Made by a program: the position numbers and the translations under genes. A stretch of 32,000 nt of DNA, from assembly GCF_000017305.1 (NCBI RefSeq), contig NC_009664.2:450001-482000 (forward strand). Reading direction: 5' to 3'. This document shows, piece after piece, positions 15,482-23,278 of the stretch. Each line of letters begins with the position of its first letter. Within the stretch, counting starts at the first letter, position 1. The DNA is from Kineococcus radiotolerans SRS30216 = ATCC BAA-149 (lineage in GTDB: Bacteria > Actinomycetota > Actinomycetes > Actinomycetales > Kineococcaceae). The notes beneath the pieces are model-generated. The model worked only from the letters and a program-made list of their open reading frames with translations. It ran no database searches and was not told where the DNA came from.

Positions 15482-15687
15482 GCGAGCCGTCCCCGCGGCG
15501 ACCCCCACCGCCCGGCGCCGGACGGGTCCGGCAGCCACCACCGTTCCGGCGCCGGCGCCCCGTCATCCCCCCGGGGCCCGTGTGCGCGGTGTGCCTCACC
15601 CCGCTGCACCCGCTCATCGCGGACATCACCGACACCCACCCGTGCTGCGACCCGCACGACACCGAGACCAAGAAGGAAAGGAGGTGA
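15478..15687 (+). CDS. Pro/Arg-rich, Cys-containing small protein (69 aa)
   Basis: GTGA overlap. ..PVCAVCLTPLHPLIADITDTHPCCDPHD. GC3 is good only in the second half. Confidence 0.45.
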   Translation: MSEPSPRRPPPPGAGRVRQPPPFRRRRPVIPPGPVCAVCLTPLHPLIADITDTHPCCDPHDTETKKERR

Positions 15688-15690
15688 CCG

Positions 15691-16113
15691 GTGGACTGGC
15701 AGGAACGGTTCCGATCCGCTCATGCGGCAGAGGACGCCGCAGGGTGCCTGATCTGGCTGCGTGCTCGTAACAACCGCGGGTACGGCGTCTTCTGGCTCGA
15801 GGGCCGACTGCGTCTGGCGCACCGCGTCGCCTGGTACCAGGCCACAGGACGCTGGCCACAATCTGGCCTGGTCCTCGACCACCTGTGCGACGTGAAGGCC
15901 TGCGTCAACCACGAGCACCTGGTTGAGGTGACGAACCGGCACAACGTGCTGCGCTCGCCGGCATCACCCATGAACACCAGACGCGCCCGGACAGCCTGCG
16001 GCCGGGGTCACACCTACACACCCGAGTCACTCCGCATCGACCCGCGCGGGCACCGCCAGTGCCGCGTCTGCGACCGCCTCCGCTCCACGGGAGGACCTCT
16101 TGACCTGGTTTAA
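15691..16113 (+). CDS. HNH homing-type endonuclease
   Basis: 140 aa. Strong SD AAGGAAAGGAGG. NNRGYGVFWLEGRLRLAHRVAW..LVLDHLCDVKACVNHEHLVEVTNRHN plus a C-terminal CGRGH..CRVC. GC3 is lower than in neighbouring genes. Confidence 0.85.
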   Translation: MDWQERFRSAHAAEDAAGCLIWLRARNNRGYGVFWLEGRLRLAHRVAWYQATGRWPQSGLVLDHLCDVKACVNHEHLVEVTNRHNVLRSPASPMNTRRARTACGRGHTYTPESLRIDPRGHRQCRVCDRLRSTGGPLDLV

Positions 16114-16939
16114 AGTCGACGACAACCTCGCCTTCCACCCCAAGGTCATGGCAGCCGGCAACGAAGCCATGGGCCTCTGGGTCCGAGCAGGCTCCTGGTG
16201 CGGCCAGCACCTCACCGACGGACACGTCCCCGAGCACATCCTGAGGCTCTTGGGCACGCGACGGCAGGCCGACAAGCTCGTGACGGCCGGTCTTTGGACG
16301 CGCGACGCCGACGGCTGGCGCTTCCATGACTGGCTCGACAGGCAGCCTTCCCGGGCTGACGAGGAAGCCCGCCGGGCGGACAAAGCCGAGGCGGGTCGGC
16401 TGGGCGGCAAGGCATCTGGCGCCGCCAGACGAGCCAAGCGCGACGCACACCAGCGAAGCAACCACGAAGCAGGTGCTTCACCTGCTGGCGAACCCCCGAC
16501 CCGACCCGACCCGACCCGACCAAATGTTCCTTCGGAACATCTCGCTGCTGCTGCGGCAGCAGTAGACGCGCCGCCGCCGCAGCCTGTGGACAACGCCACG
16601 GCCAGCACAGACCTCCCGGACTCGCTGGTCATCCTCAAGGCCGCCCTCGAGGCCCGGAAGCTCATCGTCCGCTGGGACCGCCTCACCCCCCAGCACATCG
16701 AGGCCATCGAAGCCGCCATCGCCCTCCACGGCGACGAACGCCTCGTGCACGCCGCCCAGCAGGCCTACCGCGCCGACCGCCCCGCAGCCTTCGCCCAGGC
16801 CTGGGTCGGCGTGTGGCAGTCCCTCCCCGGCCCCGGCACCCGCCTCCGCGTCGTCCAGCCCCGCTGCGAGACCCACGGCCAGCCCCTCAAGCACTGCGGC
16901 TGCGACGTCACCCCCCTCACCGAGGAGAAGCACGCATGA
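16100..16939 (+). CDS. Replisome-organizer/DnaD-like replication initiation protein (putative)
   Basis: 279 aa. The N-terminus MTWFKVDDNLAFHPKVMAAGNEAMGLWVRAGSWCGQHLTDGHVP fits the phage replisome-organizer N-domain pattern, followed by a low-complexity linker and a helical C-domain. TTG start overlaps the HNH gene by 14 nt. Confidence 0.5.
   Translation: MTWFKVDDNLAFHPKVMAAGNEAMGLWVRAGSWCGQHLTDGHVPEHILRLLGTRRQADKLVTAGLWTRDADGWRFHDWLDRQPSRADEEARRADKAEAGRLGGKASGAARRAKRDAHQRSNHEAGASPAGEPPTRPDPTRPNVPSEHLAAAAAAVDAPPPQPVDNATASTDLPDSLVILKAALEARKLIVRWDRLTPQHIEAIEAAIALHGDERLVHAAQQAYRADRPAAFAQAWVGVWQSLPGPGTRLRVVQPRCETHGQPLKHCGCDVTPLTEEKHA
16496..16562 (+). repeat. (CCGAC)x5 tandem repeat + 7-bp-arm palindrome + CTG/CAG hairpin inside the organizer gene linker (ori candidate)
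   Basis: CCGAC x5 at 16496-16520. ATGTTCC-TTC-GGAACAT at 16524-16540 in a locally AT-richer patch. GCTGCTGCTGCGGCAGCAG at 16544-16562. Confidence 0.6.
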
Positions 16940-17232
16940 CCACCGACACCCACGACACCGACCTCGCCATCGACACCACCGAACGGGACCTGCGCGAGCT
17001 CATCGCCAGCAGCCCCGTCCCCGTCGACGACGCCCCCCGCGAACACCTCATGTGGGGCACCCGCGACCTAGCCCTCGCTCAGGAGCACATCGACTCCCCC
17101 GACGAGCTCCTGCACACCCTCGCCGGCCGCCTCGGCCGCCGGTACCTGTCGGTGCGCTCCCGGGTCATGCGACTGCGCGAGCACCGCGACCTCGCCAACC
17201 GCACCACGCCCCTGCGGGCGGTGACCCAGTGA
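16936..17232 (+). CDS. hypothetical phage protein (98 aa)
   Basis: ATGA overlap. MTTDTHDTDLAIDTTERDLRELI... Confidence 0.55.
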   Translation: MTTDTHDTDLAIDTTERDLRELIASSPVPVDDAPREHLMWGTRDLALAQEHIDSPDELLHTLAGRLGRRYLSVRSRVMRLREHRDLANRTTPLRAVTQ

Positions 17233-17447
17233 CCCCCGGCGAGCACTACCACGAAGCGGAGGAGCTGCTGATCGCGGCGACGAAGCAGCACGACACCAAC
17301 GTCGACCGAGTCTGGGACATCTGCCGCGGTGACCAGGCCGCCTACGTCGACCTCGTCGCGAAGGTGTCCGCGAACACGGCCATCTCCGTCGGCATCGCTC
17401 ACGTCCACGCCCTGCTGGCCGCCATCCCCCGGGAGACGACCCCATGA
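17229..17447 (+). CDS. hypothetical phage protein (72 aa)
   Basis: GTGA overlap. VTPGEHYHEAEELLIAATKQHDTNVDRVW... Confidence 0.5.
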   Translation: MTPGEHYHEAEELLIAATKQHDTNVDRVWDICRGDQAAYVDLVAKVSANTAISVGIAHVHALLAAIPRETTP

Positions 17448-17797
17448 CCGACCAGCCCACCGCAACCGGCGATACCTCCGACGGCTTCCACACCTTCGAC
17501 GAGCTCTACGAGTTCCGGCTGCTTCTCCACGCCCACGCCGTCCGCACCTGGCTCGCCGAGATGATCCCCGTCGTCCGCTCCTGGCGACACCACGACGGCG
17601 AGCCCTGCTTCGGGGGCGGCTGGTTCATCGTCACCGCGCAGCTGCCCACCGGCCAGGTCAGCAACCACTACCCCGCCGCGGACTGGGCCCTCTTCGACCC
17701 GGTCCCCGACGTGGTGTGCGCCCCCGAGTGGGACGGCCACGGCACCGCGGACGTCGCCCACCGGCTCCGCACCGCCCTCACGGAGATGTCCTCGTGA
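17444..17797 (+). CDS. WDGH-domain protein
   Basis: 117 aa. DGFHTFDELYEFRLLLHA...APEWDGHGTADV carries the name-giving WDGH motif. Confidence 0.65.
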   Translation: MTDQPTATGDTSDGFHTFDELYEFRLLLHAHAVRTWLAEMIPVVRSWRHHDGEPCFGGGWFIVTAQLPTGQVSNHYPAADWALFDPVPDVVCAPEWDGHGTADVAHRLRTALTEMSS

Positions 17798-18000
17798 CCG
17801 GCCGCCGCGACCGGATCCCCGGCGACACCCTCATCGGCCCCTTCGTCATCTGGACGATGCGCGCCAAACGGCACGGCCGCCCCATCGGCGCCCTCCGCCA
17901 GAACGGCCGCGTTGTCGGCGCCGGCATCCGCATCGGACCCCGCCTCGTCTGCGTGGCCCTGAAGTCCACCATCCCCGCCTACCGGAAGCGCACCAGCTGA
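17794..18000 (+). CDS. hypothetical basic phage protein (68 aa)
   Basis: GTGA overlap. Tail of track ORF 17329..18000. Confidence 0.45.
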   Translation: MTGRRDRIPGDTLIGPFVIWTMRAKRHGRPIGALRQNGRVVGAGIRIGPRLVCVALKSTIPAYRKRTS

Positions 18001-18377
18001 TGACCGAGCAGCCCACCCCAGAACTGACCGGCGCCGTCCGCGACCTCCTGAAGAAGCTCGCCTGGCGCGACGACATGGGCCCCTGCTACCTCGTCGGCGG
18101 CAAGGCCGGCCGCCAGGTGCTCGTCGTCCCCGCCCTCCGTCCGGGCGGCCCCCTGTCTCGCCTGACGGCCTACGCCGACAGCACCATCACCCGGGCCCGC
18201 GACATGGGCCTCGTCGACGTCGACACCCAGCACACCACCCGCATCCGGTTCGACTACCGCCAGGCCGGCGACGGCGACCACGGCCGCCGCATCACCCTCA
18301 CCCCCACCGCCTGGCGCGCCCTCGGCCACCCCCACGGCCGCAACCCGCTCCTCGTCGCGAAGGAGGCTCGCCCGTGA
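18000..18377 (+). CDS. hypothetical phage protein (125 aa)
   Basis: TGATG overlap and high GC3. Confidence 0.6.
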   Translation: MTEQPTPELTGAVRDLLKKLAWRDDMGPCYLVGGKAGRQVLVVPALRPGGPLSRLTAYADSTITRARDMGLVDVDTQHTTRIRFDYRQAGDGDHGRRITLTPTAWRALGHPHGRNPLLVAKEARP

Positions 18378-18982
18378 GTGACCACACCATCACCTGGACC
18401 CACGGCCCCCACGCCAATGTGCACGCCGTCGTCACCTGCCAGGCCCCGCAGGACGCCCCGTGCCGAACCATCACCCCCGACCCGCAGCAGCCCTGGGTCT
18501 CAGCTGCCATGGACGACGACGTCTGCTACGTCGCCGCCCTCATCAACGACGGGGACGTCTTCGAGGCCTGGGAGTCCTACACCCACGAGGAGACCACCCC
18601 CGTCCGCAACGGCCCCATCACCGTCAAGGCCGGGTGGGAGCCCGGAGAGTGGGAGTGGGACTACGCCGCCCAGCCCCCCACCGTCCTCGACCAGGTCCAG
18701 GCCGAACTCGCCCGCCAGGACGCGAAGTGGAACGAGCAGAACCACCCCGACGGCACCGGCGGCGCCACCTACCGGAGCCTCTCCAACGTCTTCCGCCAGC
18801 ACTGCGACCTGGCCACCGCGCAGGGCCAGCTGACGTGGACCGACATCCTCCGCGAGGAAGTCCACGAAGCCTTCGCCGAGGACGACCCCCAGCTGCTGCG
18901 CGCCGAGCTCATCCAGGTCGCAGCCGTCGCCGTCCAGTGGATCGGAGCCCTCGACCGCCGCACCCAGCGGGTGGCCCCGTGA
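18374..18982 (+). CDS. MazG-like nucleotide pyrophosphohydrolase with an N-terminal domain of about 95 aa of unknown function
   Basis: C-terminal half QAELARQDAKWNEQNHPDGTG...WTDILREEVHEAFAE..ELIQVAAVAVQWI fits phage MazG/NTP-PPase. The N-terminal half has no recognisable motif. Confidence 0.65.
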   Translation: MSDHTITWTHGPHANVHAVVTCQAPQDAPCRTITPDPQQPWVSAAMDDDVCYVAALINDGDVFEAWESYTHEETTPVRNGPITVKAGWEPGEWEWDYAAQPPTVLDQVQAELARQDAKWNEQNHPDGTGGATYRSLSNVFRQHCDLATAQGQLTWTDILREEVHEAFAEDDPQLLRAELIQVAAVAVQWIGALDRRTQRVAP

Positions 18983-19863
18983 CCGCCCCACACGCCCCGG
19001 CGGCGCTCGCTGCGGACGCGGAGACCAGCGACACCGCTCCGGCCCCGGAGAACGACGCACAGCGCTGCATCCGCCGCCCCGGCTCCACCTGGTCCCGCTG
19101 CAAGTGCGCCGACTGCCGAGCCCACGACGCCCGCCTCACCAAGCTCAACCGCACCGGCCGCTACAACGCCACCGCGCTCGCCACCGCCCAGGCCCGGGCC
19201 TTCACCCGCCTCGAGCACTGGATCGCGCTGGGCTGGGAGCCCCTGGCCATCGCCTCCGCCACGGGCGTCGCCCAACCCACCTGCTGGGAGATCGTCCGCG
19301 AGATCCGGGCCGGCCACCGCCGCGACCTCCAGCACGCCACCGTCCGCCGCATCCTCACCGCCGGGCCACCCACCGCCGGCTTCATCGGCGTCACCGGCAC
19401 CCGCCGCCGCCTGCAGGCCCTCACCTGGATGGGCTGGGGACTCTCCCGTCTCAGCCAGGAGATCGGCATCCCGGTCATGACCCTCTCCGACGCCCGCTCC
19501 GACAACGGCCCCTCCACCGTGGCCGCCGTCATCGCGGCCACGATCGCGGACGCCTACGACCGCCTGTCCTCCACCCGCCTCCCCGCACGCCAGCCGCACG
19601 CCCACGCCGCCCGCCACCGCTGGGCGCCGCCGGCGGCCTGGGACGACGAAACCATCGACGACCCCACCGTCACCCCCGAAGGCGTCGACACCACGGCAGG
19701 CGCCGGCACCGCCCGCTACGCCAACGAACCCGACGTCGTCGAGACCGTCGAGCTCCTCTACTCCGCCGGCCTCACCGACCAGCAGATCGGCTACCGCATC
19801 GGCCTCACCCCCAGCGGAGTGCAGAAGCTCCGCCTCCGCCACAAGATCCGGAGAACCGCATGA
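18979..19863 (+). CDS. DNA-binding protein with C-terminal HTH (294 aa)
   Basis: GTGA overlap. CKCADC near the N-terminus. C-terminal ELLYSAGLTDQQIGYRIGLTPSGVQKLRLRH resembles a sigma-r4/LuxR-like HTH. Confidence 0.6.
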   Translation: MTAPHAPAALAADAETSDTAPAPENDAQRCIRRPGSTWSRCKCADCRAHDARLTKLNRTGRYNATALATAQARAFTRLEHWIALGWEPLAIASATGVAQPTCWEIVREIRAGHRRDLQHATVRRILTAGPPTAGFIGVTGTRRRLQALTWMGWGLSRLSQEIGIPVMTLSDARSDNGPSTVAAVIAATIADAYDRLSSTRLPARQPHAHAARHRWAPPAAWDDETIDDPTVTPEGVDTTAGAGTARYANEPDVVETVELLYSAGLTDQQIGYRIGLTPSGVQKLRLRHKIRRTA

Positions 19864-20291
19864 CTGCGCACCAGCCCCTCTTCTCCGACCGCGACCGCCG
19901 AGCCGTCGACGCGATCGTCGCTCAGGCCACCGCTGTCACCTCCCCCAAAGGCCAGCCAAAGCCGACCCGCTGGACGCTGTTCATCGCCGCCCCCACCGAC
20001 ACGGGCGGACGTGCTTGCTGGATGCCGGAGGGCCACAACGAGCACCGCGCCGCCGTCTGGCGCCAGCGCCTCGTCTTCGAGCGGGCGCGCGTCGGCCTCG
20101 CCGACCAGCGCATCAGCCGCCTGCACCTGTCCGTCATCCCCGGCGCCAGCCGCCGACCCGAGCGCGACTACCAGCCCACCATCAGCCTCATCCGCGGTGC
20201 GCTGCCCTCCGACGAGCACGACGTCGTCTTCCAGCCCGTCGAGGTCCACCAGCGTCCCGGCATCCTCATCCACGCCTGGGGCGGCCAGTGA
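19860..20291 (+). CDS. hypothetical phage protein (143 aa)
   Basis: ATGA overlap and high GC3. Confidence 0.6.
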   Translation: MTAHQPLFSDRDRRAVDAIVAQATAVTSPKGQPKPTRWTLFIAAPTDTGGRACWMPEGHNEHRAAVWRQRLVFERARVGLADQRISRLHLSVIPGASRRPERDYQPTISLIRGALPSDEHDVVFQPVEVHQRPGILIHAWGGQ

Positions 20292-20803
20292 GCTGGTTCG
20301 TCGTCGGCATCGACCCCGGCGGCGCCAGCACCGGCATCGTCGTCCGCCACCGCAACGCCTACGTCGCCCACGCCGTCATCGAATCCGACAAGGCCGAGCG
20401 CATCACCTACCCCGGCCTCGAGCAGCTGCCCGCCCCCGGCTACATCGTCCGCATCACCGAAGCCCTGCAGGACCTCACGCGCGGCCTCGACGTCCGCATC
20501 TACGCCATCGAGTCCGTCCGGGCCCCGTCCTGGCACATGGGTGGCGCGAAGTCCCCCATGCACCCCAAGGACCTCATCGCCCTCGGCGCCATCGCCGGGG
20601 CCGTCACCGGCGCCCTCGTCACCACTGGCGCCGACGTCATGTTCGTCCCACCCGCAGGCAACGGCTCCCGCCCCCTGCGCAGCTACCCGCCCGAACTCGT
20701 CGGCGCCCGCGAGGTCAAGGGCGGCGGGATCCTCCGCCACGCCCGCTCCGCCTGGGACGTCGCCGGCACCGCCCACCTCACCACCACCCGCAAGGAGTCC
20801 TGA
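20288..20803 (+). CDS. RuvC-like Holliday junction resolvase
   Basis: 171 aa. FVVGIDPGGASTGIVV, IYAIESV, HARSAWDVA match the D-E-(H/D)-D RuvC-fold pattern. Confidence 0.7.
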   Translation: MSWFVVGIDPGGASTGIVVRHRNAYVAHAVIESDKAERITYPGLEQLPAPGYIVRITEALQDLTRGLDVRIYAIESVRAPSWHMGGAKSPMHPKDLIALGAIAGAVTGALVTTGADVMFVPPAGNGSRPLRSYPPELVGAREVKGGGILRHARSAWDVAGTAHLTTTRKES

Positions 20804-21072
20804 TGGCGCGCGTCCCCCAAGCCCACGTCGAGACCGCGTTCCGCATCCTGCTGCACCCCCTGGCCCGGGAGGTCGCCGTCACTGGCGCTCAGCCCCACGT
20901 CGTCGGTGACTGCACCATCGCGGTCCCCATTCACATCGGCGACGCCACCGCCGCCGGCCAGGTCGCGGTCACCGTCGACGAGGTCGGCCTGCGCATCGAG
21001 CTCGCCCGGGCACTCCGTACAGCCGCAGACAACCTCACCACCTTCCCCGCTGAACCCAAGGAGATCCGATGA
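20803..21072 (+). CDS. hypothetical phage protein (89 aa)
   Basis: TGATG overlap with AAGGAG upstream. Confidence 0.55.
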   Translation: MARVPQAHVETAFRILLHPLAREVAVTGAQPHVVGDCTIAVPIHIGDATAAGQVAVTVDEVGLRIELARALRTAADNLTTFPAEPKEIR

Positions 21073-21380
21073 CCGAGATGGACCACCGCATCGTCCGCCG
21101 CGCCATCGCCGAGGACCCCCACGCCGACCACGACGCCCAGATCGGCACCGAGGTCGTCATCGACGACTGGCTGAACGTTGGCGGCGACCAGGCCGTCCAG
21201 CGATTCAACCTCCTCGGCGACACCGCCATGACCGAGGAGACGCACCCCCACAACCTCCTCGCCCAGAAGCACGCCGTCCCCCGCCCCCTCGCGCTCACTG
21301 TCGACCTCGACGCCATCGAGGACCCCGCCGTCCGCGCGCGCTTCGAAGCCGCTGAGGAGAGCAGCGAGGACGAACAGTGA
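21069..21380 (+). CDS. Strongly acidic small protein (103 aa)
   Basis: AAGGAG SD. 23 Asp/Glu versus 8 Arg/Lys by hand count. Tail EAAEESSEDEQ. Confidence 0.6.
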   Translation: MTEMDHRIVRRAIAEDPHADHDAQIGTEVVIDDWLNVGGDQAVQRFNLLGDTAMTEETHPHNLLAQKHAVPRPLALTVDLDAIEDPAVRARFEAAEESSEDEQ

Positions 21381-21703
21381 CCCAGGCACCCCGGTGGATG
21401 GCCCTGACCTCCACGCCCACCCCCATCGGCGAGCTTCGCCTCGCCACCGGCGAGGTCTACGAGCTGCGCGTGCATGAGGTGGAGCAGGTCCTCCACCGCG
21501 ACGCCGACGAGCTCCAGGTCACCCTGCGCGCCATGGGTACCGGCGCACCCGACGGCCCCGCCCCGCGGTTCTTCGGCGGCGTCGCCAACCACCGCCTCAC
21601 CCGCGTCAACGACGACCTCCTGCGCGCCCGCATCCCCATGGACTCCCCCATCGCACGCGCTGCCATCGCAGCCCTCACCACCCAGGAGCCGCCCCGTGGC
21701 TGA
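21377..21703 (+). CDS. hypothetical phage protein (108 aa)
   Basis: GTGA overlap and high GC3. Confidence 0.6.
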   Translation: MTQAPRWMALTSTPTPIGELRLATGEVYELRVHEVEQVLHRDADELQVTLRAMGTGAPDGPAPRFFGGVANHRLTRVNDDLLRARIPMDSPIARAAIAALTTQEPPRG

Positions 21704-22616
21704 AACCAAGGCCTACGAGACCTACGCCCGCTGGACCCTCGACGGCGACCGCACCATCAAGCTCGCCATCGAACCCCACCGCACCGTCGCCGTCTTCGAG
21801 CACCCCGATGACGCCCGCCGCGTCGTCGACGCCGTCAACGCCCAGACCGCCCCCACCGCCGCTGAGCAGGAGAACGGCCTGGAGGACCTCCGCGGCCAGC
21901 AGGCCTCCCCCGCCGTGTGGGTGGCCCTCATGGATGCTCGCCGAGAGCGGGACGAGGCCCGTGCCGAGCTGAAGCGCATCGACCAGGCTGCCGACGCCGT
22001 CGCCCCGAACCGTCAGGACATACTCGCCGATCCTGTCGACCTCATCGCCAGCCTGGGAGTCCTGGGTCAACGACTGCGTGACGAGCTGGAGCACAAGCAC
22101 GAGGCGTGGGGGCGGACGACGAGCCGTCTGGAATCCGAGCTGGCCGAGGCCCGGGAAGGCTGCGACAACGCCGTGGTCGACCTGGAGCGCGCCGAAGACG
22201 AGTTGCACCGTCTGCGTGCCGCGCAGCAGCTCCCCGACGCCGGACCCGTCGAGCGACGCCCCGAAGGCTTCCTGGTCGGTGGCATCTGGTCGGCTCATGC
22301 CAACGCCGAGGCTCACGTCGAACGACTGAAGGCCGCACGCCTCCTCGCCGTGGCTGCGTTACTCGACGCGGAAGCCACCGGCCCCAGCAGCGACAACGAG
22401 GACGCCGTGAGCAAGACCATCCGCGAGTACATCGACGTCGTGAGGAAAGGACCCGGTGATGTCGTCCGCCGCTCGTTCGTAGCGATGGACCTGGAGCGCC
22501 GGCTGGACGCGGCCGAAGCGCACCGCGCCCGCACCAGCCAGGAGGCCGAGCCCGCGTGGCACTCCGTCGGCAGCCACATCGAACTGAACATCGGCGGTCA
22601 GGAGGCAGGACAGTGA
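21696..22616 (+). CDS. Coiled-coil protein, paralog A (306 aa)
   Basis: GTG 21696 (8-nt overlap GTGGCTGA). The C-terminal half is homologous to the next gene (LHRLRAAQQLPDAGPV..LLAVAALLDAE..SSDNEDA..AHRARTSQEA). Ends GGQEAGQ. Confidence 0.65.
   Translation: MAETKAYETYARWTLDGDRTIKLAIEPHRTVAVFEHPDDARRVVDAVNAQTAPTAAEQENGLEDLRGQQASPAVWVALMDARRERDEARAELKRIDQAADAVAPNRQDILADPVDLIASLGVLGQRLRDELEHKHEAWGRTTSRLESELAEAREGCDNAVVDLERAEDELHRLRAAQQLPDAGPVERRPEGFLVGGIWSAHANAEAHVERLKAARLLAVAALLDAEATGPSSDNEDAVSKTIREYIDVVRKGPGDVVRRSFVAMDLERRLDAAEAHRARTSQEAEPAWHSVGSHIELNIGGQEAGQ
22518..22546 (+). repeat. Junction-cassette copy (5' part only, internal to paralog A)
   Basis: GCGCACCGCGCCCGCACCAGCCAGGAGGC, identical over 29 nt to 23240-23268. 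Confidence 0.85.
22598..22616 (+). repeat. Junction-cassette copy (3' part)
   Basis: TCAGGAGGCAGGACAGTGA at the paralog A/B junction. Confidence 0.85.
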
Positions 22617-23278
22617 CCCACATCGACAAGCTCCGCGACGCCATCCAGGGCGCCGAGCAAGCCTGGAACGACCGGACGGCCGCGCTGCAGGAAACCCAGC
22701 GGCAGCTCGCCCGCGAGCACGACACCTCCTCCGCGTGGGAACGCCGCGCACTCGCCGCTGAAGCGGAGGTCATCGCCATCCGCGGCGGCTGCGGCGTCCT
22801 AGACCACCACGCCCGCATCCCAGCGCTCACCGCCGAGGTCGAGCGCTTGCATGCGGCGCAGCAGCTCCCCGACGTCGGACCCGTCACCCGCGACGATGGA
22901 CTCCCCGGCGGCTTCTGGGTCGATGGCGTGCACTTCGCCGAATGGCCCCGCCGCGAGTACCTGCGCGAGGGCGCCCGCTACCTGGCCGTGGCTGCGTTCC
23001 TCGACGCGGAGGTCGCTGACACCAGCAGCGACGACGAGGCCGCGATCGAGGCTCTGGCGGACGCTCTCGCCGAACCCGTGCACCGCGGCCTCAGCGGCTG
23101 CAACGTCCCGCCGGGCATGTTGAAGCCCGTGGGTGTGGCCAGCCAGGACCCCGCCGAGCATCCAGCGCAGGTTGAGTTCGTCCGCCGGGCCATCGGGTAC
23201 GCCCTCAGGGTGTACCCGGATGCCCTCCGCGCCCTCGACGCGCACCGCGCCCGCACCAGCCAGGAGGCAGGACAGTGA
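22613..23278 (+). CDS. Coiled-coil protein, paralog B (221 aa)
   Basis: GTGA overlap. VERLHAAQQLPDVGPV..YLAVAAFLDAE..SSDDEAA..AHRARTSQEAGQ. Confidence 0.65.
   Translation: MTHIDKLRDAIQGAEQAWNDRTAALQETQRQLAREHDTSSAWERRALAAEAEVIAIRGGCGVLDHHARIPALTAEVERLHAAQQLPDVGPVTRDDGLPGGFWVDGVHFAEWPRREYLREGARYLAVAAFLDAEVADTSSDDEAAIEALADALAEPVHRGLSGCNVPPGMLKPVGVASQDPAEHPAQVEFVRRAIGYALRVYPDALRALDAHRARTSQEAGQ
23240..23278 (+). repeat. Junction-cassette copy (full)
   Basis: GCGCACCGCGCCCGCACCAGCCAGGAGGCAGGACAGTGA. Contains an SD (AGGAGG) and the GTGA start/stop overlap. Confidence 0.85.

Noticed and set aside
22200-23040. The two similar ~200-nt segments (about 22200-22400 versus 22840-23040) as a DGR template/variable repeat pair
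   Set aside because: No reverse transcriptase is in the window. Mismatches are of all types rather than adenine-specific. Both copies are in-frame parts of tandem paralogous genes.
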